Assembly (NCBI GenBank): GCA_963575745.1
Contig: CAUYUJ010000126.1
Span: 1 to 64,000, forward strand
Source of the DNA: Prorocentrum cordatum
Taxonomy: Eukaryota
Direction: 5' to 3'
Length of the DNA: 64,000 nt
Part shown: positions 1 to 13,909 of the stretch, one piece after another
Numbering within the stretch: position 1 is the first letter of the stretch
How the letters are laid out: the number at the start of each line of letters is the position of its first letter
Notes under the pieces: model-generated
Told to the model about the DNA's origin: nothing
Databases searched by the model: none
The model's input: the letters and a program-made list of their open reading frames with translations, nothing else
Program-made: the position numbers and the translations under genes

Positions 1-2186
<2,186 letters not shown>

Positions 2187-2207
2187 ACGGCGGCCCGCCC
2201 CGGGAAG

Positions 2208-2276
2208 GCGTGCAGAGCTCGGCCAAGAGCACGCTGCTCAACTACCTGTTCGGCTGCGGGTTCGCCACTTCCGCAG
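2208..2276 (+). CDS. Single internal exon of a P-loop GTPase (VLIG/GVIN-URGCP or GB1/RHD3-like G1 motif)
   Basis: Reads (G)VQSSAKSTLLNYLFGCGFATSA(G), matching the GxQSxGKSTLLNx(L/M)FGxxFxxSAG signature. It is bounded by AG|G and AG|GC (GC donor, common in dinoflagellates), with the same phase at both ends. Confidence 0.75.
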
Positions 2277-3389
2277 GCCTCGCCTGTCTGGCCTCCAAAC
2301 CGTCCAGGACGGCCCAGAGGCCCTCAAGATCGCCCAAAGAAGGCCAAAGAGGCTTCCAAGAGGGCCCTCAATTGGCCCAAGAGGTCCCGCGGAGAGGGGG
2401 CGTGTCGCTCCGCTGGTTCTGGCCCACCACGCGTTGGCGCGACACGCTATCCACGCCCCACCCCCCTCCTCCCCCTCCTGCCCCTCCTCCCCCCTCCTCC
2501 CCCTCCCCCCCTCCTCCCCCTCCTCCCCCTCCTCCTCCTCCTCCTCCTCCTCACTCCTCCTCCTCCTCCTCCTCCTCCCCTCCTGGTCCTCCTATTCCTA
2601 CTCATCATCCCCCAGGCGTCAATGTCTGGAGCCCTTCGAAGCTTCCCGCCCCACGGAGCGAAGCGAGACGCCGTCCGCTTGCCAGGCATAATTAGCGTGT
2701 CGCCGGGGCCGCCGGGGCGACGCGCTGTGCAGCAAATCCCGAGCTCCAGACGCAGTCGCGAGCTTCAGGCGCAATCGCAAACGCCGACCACCCCCTGGAC
2801 CCAGGCGCGTTCTTGAGAGGAGGAGGAGGAGGAGGAGGAGGAGGAGGAGGAGGAGGAGGAGGAGGAGGGCGAACCCCCTGGACCCAGGCGCCAGTTGGGC
2901 GAACCCCTCACTTGAGAGTCTTCCGTTCTCGCGCGGGGGCGCCCAGTCTCCCAGGCGGCTGCGAGCTTTATCTGGGCACATCGGTCCGTCGCGCCGGCAG
3001 AGGGGGGCCTATGGCTGAGGTCGGGCAGTGCCGGGGGGGGGGGGGCACCACGAAGGGGAGGCCACCACCTCCTCCTGGAAATCGGGGGGATCAAGCGTCA
3101 AGGAGGATCGGGCATCGAGGAGGGGGTCTTTGAGGAGTGAGGCTTGGGGCATCGAGACTGAGGGAGCGTCGAGGGACGTCGTTGGCTGGCTCAGGGGTTG
3201 GACAGCACCTCCATGCAGCAGCGCACCCTTTTGGTGGAACGGCCCCCCCCCCCCCCCCCCCTTGGGGCCAGAGTCCCAGCAGGCGCAGGTCCGAAGAAGC
3301 TGCGGCCGCGGGGCCACATCTCGAGGACCGAGAGAAGGCCGTTCGCTGACTGACTGGGCAGGGTGCTGGGCTCTATCAACCCTCATGTA

Positions 3390-3547
3390 AGTCGGGCACG
3401 TCCCTGTACAGGAGGAATATTCGCAACTAGTGAAAAAGATAGGCGGGGGACGATTTTGTTCGACTACTGTTGACTTCTTCTGAATATATGTTTGACATTG
3501 TTGTAACCTTACCTCCAAAACCCGCCTGCAGGAGGACATGCCCGACC
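3390..3547. mobile_element. MITE with imperfect TIRs and probable TA target duplication
   Basis: AGTCGGGCACGTCC ... GGACATGCCCGACC, flanked by TA at 3388-3389 and 3548-3549. Confidence 0.6.
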
Positions 3548-4874
3548 TAAATCAACCCCCGACTGGCTCAGGGGTCGGAGGAGGCGTCGACCCTGGATCG
3601 CTTACTCCCCGCCGATGGGGGCCTGGGGGCCCAGACCTGCCCAGGGGCATGCAGCTTCGGCTTCGAGAGCCCAATTCTCGCCGACCTATCGGCTAGGTGT
3701 AGCCGATTTCACGGCAGTGCCTCCCGCCCTGAGACAGTCCTCCCCCGATCGTTCTCTCTCCTCAGTTTTCCCCCTCTCTTTCTTTGGATGTGTTCCAGGA
3801 CCACGGGCATCAGATACCCAGGATGGGAAGCTTGCCCCTGGGGGGGCAACCTGGAGTCGAGGGCTGGCTTACCTCAGCACCCTGGTCCTTGTGTCTGTCT
3901 CCCCCCAGTGCATCCGCCGACGCCGCCGACGCCGGCGATGGCGGCGGCGACAGCGCCGCCGACCACGTCGTCCACGATGCCGTCGGCAGCAGTAACGACG
4001 TCGACGCCGTCGTCGCCGCCCACGGCCATGACGACAACGCCGACGACCACGTCGTCGGCAACGGCGGCGACGTCGGCAGCGGCGGCGGCAACGACGTCGA
4101 CGTCGCCGTCGCCGCCCACGGCCGCGAAGACGACGACGACCACCACGTCGTCGACGACGATGTCGTTGACAGCGCCGTCGCCGACGGCGTCGTCGACAGA
4201 GACGTCGTCGACGACGTCGCCGACGGGCGATGGCCGCGACGTCTGGCTCGGACGCCAGGCGGCCCGGAAAAGCCCCCCCTTGCGAGCGCGGGGCGGTGGG
4301 GCCCGCCGAGCCGTCCGGGCGTCGCGTCATGGGGGGGGGGCGATCGGGTCACCACTCATACAGTCGGGCCGAGGTATAAGCCAGAGGAGGAAAGGGACTA
4401 CCCATACCACTAATTACCCTGCCCTCGTTTTCGCCTTCTTGGGCCTCCTTGAAAGCCCTCGTCGCCACGGCTGGATCCGCCTTGAAATTCTTGTCAGAAC
4501 GCACCCAGGGAGAGGTCCGGGAAGTAGCGGTATCGGTACCTGATGGGTTCTCCAAACAGACCGAGGTCGTTTCGGGGAGGGTACCCTATTGTTCTTCGTC
4601 TTTGTTGGGTGCTCTTGTGCATCCTGGGGAGGGTACCCTTGGATGTCCTGTGTGCTTTGGCCGGCGGAGGGTCCCGTGTTCTTGGAGGATGCTCTTCTGG
4701 CCCAGAGGTCCGAAGTTTGTGAGGATGAGCGGATTTCCAAGGTTTCCCTTGCACCCCCCCCAAGAGGAAAGATGATGGACTATGGGCCGCTTTGGGCTCG
4801 GGAGAGGCTCGGGTCTTCAGGCTGCTCCTTAGATCTCTGTCGGGGGGCCCGTTTGTGGCCTCGGCCCGCTGTGG

Positions 4875-5040
4875 TCGGGAGACTCTCCATGGGGGGGGAT
4901 CCCATGGGGGGGCAGGAGGGGATCCCCCCCCATGGGATCCCCTCCTGCCCCCCCAGGGGATCCCCAGGGGATCCTATGGGATCCCCCCCCTGGGATCCTA
5001 TCCCCCCATGGGATCCCCCCCCCCATGAAGAGTCTCCCGA
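4875..5040. mobile_element. MITE, TCG...CGA termini, 5-bp TSD
   Basis: TIRs TCGGGAGACTCTCCATGGGGGG / CCCCCCATGAAGAGTCTCCCGA, with TGTGG duplicated at 4870-4874 and 5041-5045. A related empty site is present near 5857-5885. Confidence 0.88.
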
Positions 5041-7419
5041 TGTGGCCAGAAGGGTGATGCTTCCATGACGCGACCCCCAGAGACGTCTGGACCCATTCCC
5101 CGGGGGACCTGCTTTTCATCCTGAGTCGTTTCTGACGGCCCCGAGGCCCTGTGGGGCCCATCCTTCTCCTTCGGCCCATCCTTGGCCACTCTCGTTGGCC
5201 GCGTCCCGCTCGAAAAGTGTCGGCGTGGCCGTCAAGGCCTTTTCATCCTTATCGTGCATCCTCACTATCAGTTTTGACAGTCAGTGGGGGGTGGGAGGGA
5301 GGGGCGGTGCAGAAGGGTGCACCTGTACCCTAAATGGGCCCCGCAGGGACCTCTCTGGGGCTCAACAGGGTCACCAAAGGTGCACCTTTCTCTCCTCCCC
5401 CCTTTTTCTAGGCCTCTCATCAAATAGGGTTCGAGTAAATGGGATCGAAGTTTCGCTCCACATCGCCGATGCATCGGCGATGCGGCTCGATGTGGATCCT
5501 GGTGGTCTTCACGCCGAGGTCAAGGAAGCATGGCCGACGTCAACGATGCATCGCCGATGCATCGCCGACGTATCTTCGATGCGACGCAATCCTCCGACCA
5601 CATCTACTCGGACCCAATTTGGGAGGCTCCTACCTATTTGCTATCCCTGCTCTGCGGTAACCTGCTTTGCGATCTCTCTTCGTTTGGCGCGTCGTGCGAA
5701 CGGCGCGCATCGAAACAAGTGGATGCCGTGCGAGGGAAACGATCTTCCTTTCTCCTCCCCTTCCCAGGCCAGGCGCTGAAGTTTTATGGACCCCTCTTGG
5801 GCTCAGGAGGGGCTCGTGCCTTCGGGGTGTTCCGTAGATTTCTGCCGCGGAGCCTGTTTGTGGCCTTGGCCCGCCGTGGTCAGGAACTTTCGTATAAATA
5901 TACTGTCATTCGTATTCTTCTTCGTGCTAGTCTCACTAGTACCGTTATTATTGTTATTATTAGTATTGCTACTATTATTATTGTTATTATTAGTATTGTT
6001 CTTAGTCGTATTATTATTCATTATGTTCATTTGTATTCTTGTTGTTTATTTATGTATTCATTTGGTTACTTGTTTATGTATTCGTTATTTATTATTCGTC
6101 CCATTATAAGTATTATGTATATAGTGTTTCGGTTGTTGTCCCTCTCCCTCCACACCCAAAATGGGGTTCTTGTTTTCTCTGCGCACCCCCCGCGCAGGAA
6201 CCTCACGCCTCGCCCCCTCTCCTCTTCTCCCGCCGCACACTCACTCATTCCCTCAATCACTCACAACATGTATCACTCACACTCACTCACTCACCCACTC
6301 ACTCACCCACTCACACATTCACACACATACGCACACTCGCTCACTCACTCACACACGCACCCACGCACACACTCATCATCATCACTTCCTCGGGCCTGAA
6401 TTTGAAGGACGTCTCAGGCGGGAGCCTCGTCTGTGAGTGAATTGCGGGGAAGTCTCAGGAGGGAGCCCCCTCCCCATGGGGCCCGCACTTCATGTTGGTA
6501 ATCCGAGCGGGTCATCGGCCTCTTGCAACTGTCGTGACTTTTGGGCTCCTCAGGCCTGATGTTGGAGTAAGTCTCGCAGCAGCCCCCTCCCTATGGGGCC
6601 CGCGGGTCCGCGCCCTACGTGCTTTCTCCAGGTCGTCCTCGGGCGCGTAGCCGCGGGGACGCACGTCGCGCGTTTCCTCTAGGTCGTGTTCCGCACGAGG
6701 AGGAGGAGGAGGAGGAGGAGGAGGAGGAGGAGGAGGAGGAGGACGAGGAGGAGGAGGAGCAGGAGCAGGAGGAGGAGGAGGAGGCAGGAGGAGGAGGAGG
6801 AGGCGGAGGAGGAGGAGGAGGAGCAGGAGGGGAGGAGGAGGAGGAAGAGAGGAGGAGGGTCGAGGAGGAGGAGGGGGAGGCAGGAGGAGGAGGAGGAGGA
6901 GGAGGAGGAGGAGGAGGAGGAGAGGAGGAGGAGGCGGAGGAGGACGAGGCAGGTGTGGAGGCAGTAGGAGGAGCAGGCAGGAGGAGAAGGAGGAGGCAGG
7001 AGTAGGTGGGAGAAGGGAGGGGGCAGGAGGAGATCCGCAGGCAAATTAAACATATTCTTATGCGGGGTCCGACCCTCGGAATCATTTTACTATATATATA
7101 TATATATATATACACATGCAGTACAACAAATATCACGCGACCCCCAGAGGTCTGGGCCCAGTCCCCGGGACTGGTCTTTCCTCCCGAGTCGATCCTGGGC
7201 GGCTCTGCGAGGTTCGGTGAGGGCCCCCAGGGGCTGGAAACAGTAAACAAAGAAGACCCGTCGTGGTGATCGTTTTTATGCTCATTTCCCACATGCTTAG
7301 TGGAGTTTCGGTTTTCTTCCCTGCCGCGTCGCACCCGCGTCTCCTCCCACTACACAACTCCCTCTTCCCCTCCTCCTCCTCGCCTCTCCCTCGCCTCGCC
7401 CGAGCGCAACGCTTGCACG

Positions 7420-8910
7420 GCACGAGGCGCTTTCTCCACACCAGAGGGGGTGCGCAGGGGGTGGTCCCTCACCGCGGTCTCTATCCGTCCCAGGATCGCG
7501 GGGCGTGGCAGGCGTGGCACTTTCTCGACACTAGAGGGGGTGCGCAGGGGGTGGTCCCTCACCGCGGTCTCTATCCGTCCCAGGGTCGCGGGGCGTGGCA
7601 GGCGTGGCACTTTCTCGACACTAGAGGGGGTAAGCAGGGGGTGGTCCCTCACCGCGGTCTCTATCCGTCCCAGGGTCGCGAGGCGTGGCAGGCGTGGCGC
7701 CTTCTCGACGTCAGAGGGTGAGCGCAGGGGGTGGTGTCTCACCGAAGTCTCTATACGCGCCAATGCCGCAGGGCCTGGCAGGCGTGGCACTCTCTCGACA
7801 CCAGAGGTGGTGCGCAGGGAGTGGTCTCTCACCGCGGTCTCTATAAGCGCCAATGTCGCGGGCCTAGCAGGCGTGGCGCCTTCTCGACGTCACACGGGGT
7901 GCGCAGGGGATGGTCTCTCACCGCAGTCTCTATACGCGCCAATGGCGCAAGGCCTAGCAGGCGTGGCACCTTCTCGACGTCAGACGGAGTGCGCAGGGGG
8001 TGGTGTCTCACCGAGGTCTCTATACGCGCCAATGTCGGAGGGCCCAGCAGGCGTGGCACCTTCTCGACGTCGCAGGGGGGCGCAGGGGGTCGTCTCTCAC
8101 CGCGGTCTCTATACGCGCCAATGTTGCAGGGCCTAGCAGGAGTAGCACTTTCTCGACGTCGCAGGGAGGCGCAGGGGGTGATTGTTCACCGCGGTCTATG
8201 TGCGCCAATGTCGTATGGCCTAGCAGGCGTGGCACCTTCTCGGCACCAGAGGGGGCAAGAGGGGGGGGGTCTCTCACTGCCGTCTCTACATGCGTCATGT
8301 CGCAGGGCCTAGCAGGCGTGGCACCTTCTCGACGTCACACGGGGGGCGCAGGTTGTGGTCTCTCACCGCGGTCTCTACGCGCGCCAATGTTGCAGGGCCC
8401 TGCAGGCGTGGCATTTTCTCGACGTCACAGGGGGTGCGCAGGGGATGGTCTCTCACCGTGGTCTCTATAGGCGCCAACGTCGCAGGGCCTAGCAGGAGTG
8501 GCACTTTCTCGACGTCACGAGGGGGCGCAGGGGATGGTCGTTCACCGCAGTCCCTATACGCGCCAATGTCGCGTGGCCTAGCAGGCGTGGCATTTCTCGA
8601 CGTCACAGGTGGTGCGCAGGGGGTGGTTTCTCATCGATGTCTGTATACGCCCCCAATGTCGCAGGACCTAGCAGGCGTGTTGTGCAGTATGCACAGGTGT
8701 CTCATGCGACAGCGAGGCTATGAGGATGCTTCAGGGCATGGGTCACGGCGGCCGCTATGCGCGCCTGTCGTCCTGGACATAGCAGGCGTGGCGCTTTCCT
8801 GGCACCATCGAGGGTGCGCAGGGGGTGGCTTTTCACCGCAGCCGCTACGCGCGCCAGTCGTCCAGGGCACAGTAGGCGTGGTATTTTCTCGACACCATAG
8901 AGGGTGTTCA
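7420..8910. repeat. ~90-bp tandem minisatellite, ~16 diverging copies
   Basis: GCAGGCGTGGC recurs at 7508, 7598, 7688, 7778, 7867, 7957, 8047 and onward. The whole unit is repeated and there are no unique spacers. Confidence 0.93.
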
Positions 8911-9366
8911 GGGGTGTCGGTGTCCCAGGACCTATGGACCCACTCAGGGTATTCAGGCTCCCAAGTCTTGGCAGGCGCCACCAACGGGGTCGGCGAAGCA
9001 ACGGCCACCTGCATCATTCTCGCAAGTTTCACGTCAGCTATCACCACGCCAGACATTTTACAAGTATGTGGGGTTCCGGTCGTGTAATTGTTTAGCCGAT
9101 CGGCGCGGGCCTTCGCACCCCCTCCCCCTTTCTACCCTTATGGAGAGTGGACATCCGTTGTTTTTGGCGCCTGTTGCAGGCAAGCGGGGCCTCCCCCCAG
9201 AGGACGCAAGGTTGCAAACAGCCGCATCCTGACTCGAGGTGCTGGTGCAACAGGTGCCAAAACACGTTTTCCTTCGCACGGTTGCAAACAGCCGCATCCA
9301 CTCCACCGCCACTCCACTGTAAGAAAACGCTGGTGTTTTGCTTCCTGACTCGAGGGTGGGTTTGGG

Positions 9367-9466
9367 NNNNNNNNNNNNNNNNNNNNNNNNNNNNNNNNNN
9401 NNNNNNNNNNNNNNNNNNNNNNNNNNNNNNNNNNNNNNNNNNNNNNNNNNNNNNNNNNNNNNNNNN
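9367..9466. other. Assembly gap (100 N)
   Basis: Run of exactly 100 N. Confidence 1.
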
Positions 9467-10608
9467 CTTCTGATCGCCCTTATCCTCCTCCTCCTCCCCC
9501 TCATCATCACCATCATCATCATCATCATCACCACCACCATCACCATCACCATCGTCAAGACCGCCACCATCATCGTCATCATCAGCATCATCAATATCAA
9601 CATCAACATCATCATCCGCCTATTCCTCCTCCTCCTCCTGCTCATTCCTCCCTCCCCACCCTCATCATCCTCCTCCTCTTCCGCCTCCGACTCCTCCTCC
9701 ATCCCCCCCCCGCCCCTTTGGGGTACGACGGCCTCCCCTGCCCCTTGTTCCTCTGTATGCTGCCCCGCTTCCATGATCACCTCTACTCGCCTGGGCGTCG
9801 TTTCTGGATGGGCTGGTGGGGATACTTTTTTGTTCGGCGGCCCGCAAGGAAAAGTCCAGAGGGCGTGTCAGAAGGCAATGGGGCGCAATGCCAGATAATT
9901 AGTGAAGGCCAGGCCACGACTGGAGGGAGCCGCCAAGAGGGCGCCAACCCACACACAAGCAACATGCATAACCGGGCAGCAAGCCAGAGTGACTGACTGG
10001 TGGGGATACGCGAAGCGTCAAGAATTCCTTCTGGTGGTCAGGGCTGAAGTAGGTGGGAACATCATAACCATAGAGGATTGAGACATACGACTGTATCAGC
10101 GCTGGCGGTAATCACTATCCACTGAAAGAAGGCTGAGAGCACACTGGTAGCAACGAGGGGCAATGAAAACATCGAAGGCGAAATGGGGGCGTTGAGGATA
10201 ACTCGCTGGCCCAACGGGCCGACGGCCTACTAGAATCACCTGTATCAGGGTCAGAGTGCTTGTGTATTCTATCAGTTCGCGCGCGCGAGGGGACCCTCTG
10301 TAGTTAGGTTTCCCTTTTCCCGTTGGGCGTTGGTGGTTGAAAGGGGTTATTATTCGAACCTCCTTCTGACCCTTCGGGAAAAGGCGTAGGCCCTCAAGAC
10401 GGCCCAGGGAGAGCCCAAGGCGTTCCTAAGAGAGCCCCACAGGCTTCCAACATGGGTCCAAGAGGCCCATGATAGCCCCACGAGACCTCCAAGAGGCTCC
10501 CCGCGCGTGACTGCATGCTGCTACACATCCCACGTCTCTGATCGGGGCAACTCATGACAACTCGCCTGGTGATTGCTTTTGGACGGACTGGTGGGGAGAT
10601 GCGAAGCG

Positions 10609-13600
10609 TCAAGAAGACGGGGGTGTCCTCTGGTGAGCCATCAGACGGAATTTCGCCATGACAGCCGACGCGCTGTCAGATGGGTTTACACCCTCACTGC
10701 TGTTCATCGATGAGGCATCGCATTCGGGATGCAGATCCTCAGCGATTGCGGATAGATCCTGACTGTAATGAGCCCTGGCACGGGTAGTGTAACAATGCCT
10801 CCGCGAAATCACCACATCCTTCAAGCACAGCGTGGCTGGTAACGAAATTGCACCTGTGTCGCTCTCCTCAGGATTTTCGGCTATGAGGAAAGCTCGCTTT
10901 GCTATGACTTTCATTGCTGGTGCTGGTGGGATGACAAGCTCAACATGTTCAAGATACTTTGAACAAACCCCAGGCTCGACATTGCTGTTCACTGCGTCAA
11001 TGATCCACTCCTCGACCTGGTCTCGCGCAAAACGTGGTAACCAACGTACCAGCCGCCCCTGACGAGGCAACAAGTGACGGCTGCAACCGGCGTCGCTAAT
11101 GAGGAAGCTCGGCTCGCCAGCATCGAACGAAATGTGCAACTCATCTACCGCCTCTGCCGAACTCTGCCATGCGCCACTGCCGGTCGCGTCGTGCTGCATC
11201 GGCGCGCGCCCGCCCTCGCCCACCGCCGCCGGCTGTGCTTGCGCATCCTCTTGGAAAGCTGGCGAGGGAAAGAGCAGGCGATCCACTTCTCGGCCCTCCA
11301 GACTCGAGCACCCGCGGTCGACCAGCCTTGAGGGGGCCCAAGGACACACAAATAAAGACACACAAGTAACAGGATTCCCCACATTTTTCAATATTTTTGT
11401 TGGATTTTCGTCTTCCTCCCCACTTCCCATATTTCCCCATGTTTTCTGGGGAATCGACGATTCATTGTGTCTGCGTGGGTTTTCCCCTCCCGAGGCCTGG
11501 CGTCCGAGGGGCCCGGCCCCAGGGTGCCCGCGGCCTCCTCGGCGGGAGCCCTCTTGGCCATCCTTACCTTGATGGGCCTGTTTTCCACCACCACCACCAC
11601 CATCAGTTGGAGGAAGGAGGAGGACGAGGACGAGGAGGACGAAGAGGAGGAGGACGAAGAGGAGGAGGACGAAGAGGAGGAGGAGGAGGAGGAGGAGGAG
11701 GAGGTAGAGGTGGAGGAGGAGGACCCCCTCCCCCTCCAACTTATGGTGGTGGTGGTGGTGGTGGAAAACAGGGCCGTCCTCACCTCGCCGACCCTCTGGA
11801 AGCTGACGTGCACGTCCGCCCCCGTGGCCCGGTAGGGCACCAGGCGCGCGTCGAACTCCAGCGGCTGCCGCCCATTGCCCGGGTGTTGCTAGAAGTGCCC
11901 CTGGCCCAAGGTGCCCCCAGCTTTTCGCTCCCCTTTGGAGCCCCTGGGGTCCTCTGGGCCTCGTGAGGGGTGCCCTGGAGGCCGCCTGGGCCACCCCGAG
12001 AATCCTGGGGGTACCTTGGGCCAGGGGTACTTCTAGCAACACCCGAATCGCCGAGAGCCTGGGTGAAGGTGGCCAGCACCGGCTCTGCCACGTCCCACTG
12101 GCTGACGTCGTACAGGCGCGCGACCTTCCAGCGGTCCCCCGGGCCGACGGCGTCCAGTATCTGCGTTCCCCGCAGGTCTGCGCCGAAGAGAAGCTGGAGA
12201 CTATCGCTGACATGTGAGATGGTTCGTGCTGGGCGAAAGGGGGGGGTAGCAAAGGGGGGGGGTTGAGAATCAGCTCACGTATAGCTGACTTTCCCGGCGC
12301 CTCCCGGCGCCAGAGGCGGCCATGTATCGAGGAATGGGCCCCTCGGTGGGGCCGAAAACCAGCTACGTGCAGCAAATTTCGTACCCCCCCCTTCCCCTAT
12401 CCCCCCCTTTTGTCCGGCCCGAATGGTTCCCACCTGCCTCCTCACCGTGCAGTAGCCATCAGTCGCTCTGTCGAGCAGAGTCTGCATGGCGCCCAGCTGC
12501 TCCCTCAGCTCGTGGAAATACAATGCCAAGAGCCACTCGAACAGAGTCATCACGATCGAGACCATGCCTACCTGGCAGCTGACCTCAAACGCAGAGCTCC
12601 CAGAGACCAGACCACGACAAAGCAACATACAGCAAGCAGCGTAACATGTGACCAACAGAGAATGAAAGCCGGCAGCATGGCACAGAACTACTCTGCACGT
12701 CAAGGCTGCGGGCCAGAGAATATCATAGGCAGAAGCTCCCGTATGGCTTTGTTGCCAAGTTGCCAAACTCAACAGAAGCACAAGAAACGAATACACCAAT
12801 ACTACTGCATCCGACTTCAGCGTCGTCACGGGAAGGAGCACTAACAAGATTGCCATAACATATTCGCACACGTAGTAAGCAACAATAATACGCCAGGTCC
12901 CACCCGCCACCGTGCCTCTGGGCACGGAGTGGGCGTGCCATCAGGTCCTGCCCCTGATCCTCCAAGCCTCAGACCTCCATCCTGAGGAGTCTTTCCATGG
13001 CCCAGACTCGAAGTTCTCAAATTAGCAGGGGCTCCAAGACCCGCAAAGAGGGCCCCACCCTGAAACGGTCCAGGAGGGCCCCGAGCCGCCGAACCATCGC
13101 CCCAATACGCTCAAGATGGCCCGCAGACGAGCCAAGAGGCCTCCAAGACACCCCAGGAGGCCTCCAAGAGGCCTCCCAAGAGGGCCACAAGAGGCCCTTA
13201 ATTGTCCTTCGGTTTTTTTAAAGATGTTGGCGTTCTCACCTTGTCGGCTTCCCGACGCTCCAAGACGGTCCCAGAGGCCCTCAAGATCGCCCCAAAACGG
13301 CTCCATATCCCAAGACGGCCCAAGAGGGCCCAAAAACGAGGCCCAGATGGGGAACCCGAACGGACATTTCGAGCCCTCGGCGCCGAGGGGCCCCCATAAG
13401 GCCTCAAGAGGCGCTCAAGAGCCCCCGAGAGGCTCCAAGAGGCCCCCAAGAGGCCCCCAAAAGGCTCCCAAGAGGCTCCCAAGAGGCACCCAAACTGCTC
13501 CCAAGAGGCCCCCGAAGAGCGCTCCGAAGAGACCCGAACAAGCATCCGTGAGAACTCTAACCCACAACCCAAGCACGGTGGTGGGATGGCCCCAAGGCCA

Positions 13601-13832
13601 TTGGATGCTCTGGGGCTGACAGGGCGTAGACGACGTCCGCGATCAGACAACACGTCACAAAGATGCCGCAATACTTCCAGAGCCCGCGCCGGCTGATAGG
13701 AGAAGACAGATACTCTTTTGTCACAGTCGTTGCCCAAGATCGATACCAGAAGGAGTGCCAATCGACGCAGCAGCCAATGCCATCCACTAACAACCAGCGC
13801 CTCCGTGCTCCCAACAGGGGCTCCGTGTGCAT
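10609..13832 (-). CDS. Interrupted gene or retrocopy: multi-pass membrane protein with a downstream PAS-like segment
   Basis: Coding blocks: MHTEPLL...DVVYALSAPE (13832-~13608); hydrophobic WRIIVAYY...LLDRATDGYCTVRRQVGT (~12920-12423); ISHVSDSLQLLFGADLRG...FTQALGD (~12223-12047); GRQPLEFDARLVPY...FQRVGEVRT (11873-11775); then an open frame to the stop at 10609. The exact exon structure is unresolved, and the PAS-like call is an inference. Confidence 0.65.
11579..11770. mobile_element. MITE / introner-like element with internal (GAG)n tract
   Basis: TIR TGTTTTCCACCACCACC...AGTTGGAGG / CCTCCAACT...GGTGGTGGAAAACA, with TSD GGGCC at 11574-11578 and 11771-11775. Confidence 0.88.
11879..12046. mobile_element. 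MITE, (T/C)CG...CGA termini, 5-bp TSD
   Basis: ~40-bp TIR CCGGGTGTTGCTAGAAGTGCCCCTGGCCCAAGGTGCCCCCAG / CTGGGGGTACCTTGGGCCAGGGGTACTTCTAGCAACACCCGA. TSD is ATTGC/ATCGC (1 mismatch). Confidence 0.88.
12224..12422. mobile_element. MITE, TCG...CGA termini, 5-bp TSD
   Basis: Imperfect G-run/C-run TIRs (TCGTGCTGGGCGAAAGGGG... / ...CCCCTTTTGTCCGGCCCGA), with TSD ATGGT at 12219-12223 and 12423-12427. Confidence 0.8.
13025..13606 (+). mobile_element. Dispersed CCAAGA(G/C)GGCC-rich non-autonomous repeat
   Basis: Highly similar copy at ~21830-22335 (shared GAACGGACATTTCGAGCCCTCGG and GAGCGCTCCGAAGAGACCCGAACAAGCATCC). Fragments at ~2290-2390 and ~10395-10500. Confidence 0.8.
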
Positions 13833-13909
13833 TTCTGCGGTGCCCGTCTCCACTGCGAGGCCCGCGCCCCCGTCAGGAGACGGGCTCCTGGTGGCGTTCC
13901 GCAGCCGGC

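Noticed and set aside
4349..5240. Possible third, heavily decayed YR/MTase element fragment on the minus strand (LILTN...H...G...YP; KNFKAD...F.E)
   Set aside because: The motifs are scattered over different frames and too weak to call without a profile search.
5450..5590. CATCGCCGATGCATCGGCGATG palindromic cluster as a structured RNA
   Set aside because: It looks like the repetitive interior of a small non-autonomous element, with no recognisable ncRNA features.
7420..8910. CRISPR-like regular repeat
   Set aside because: The entire 90-bp unit is repeated, with no unique spacers and no cas genes, in a eukaryotic context.
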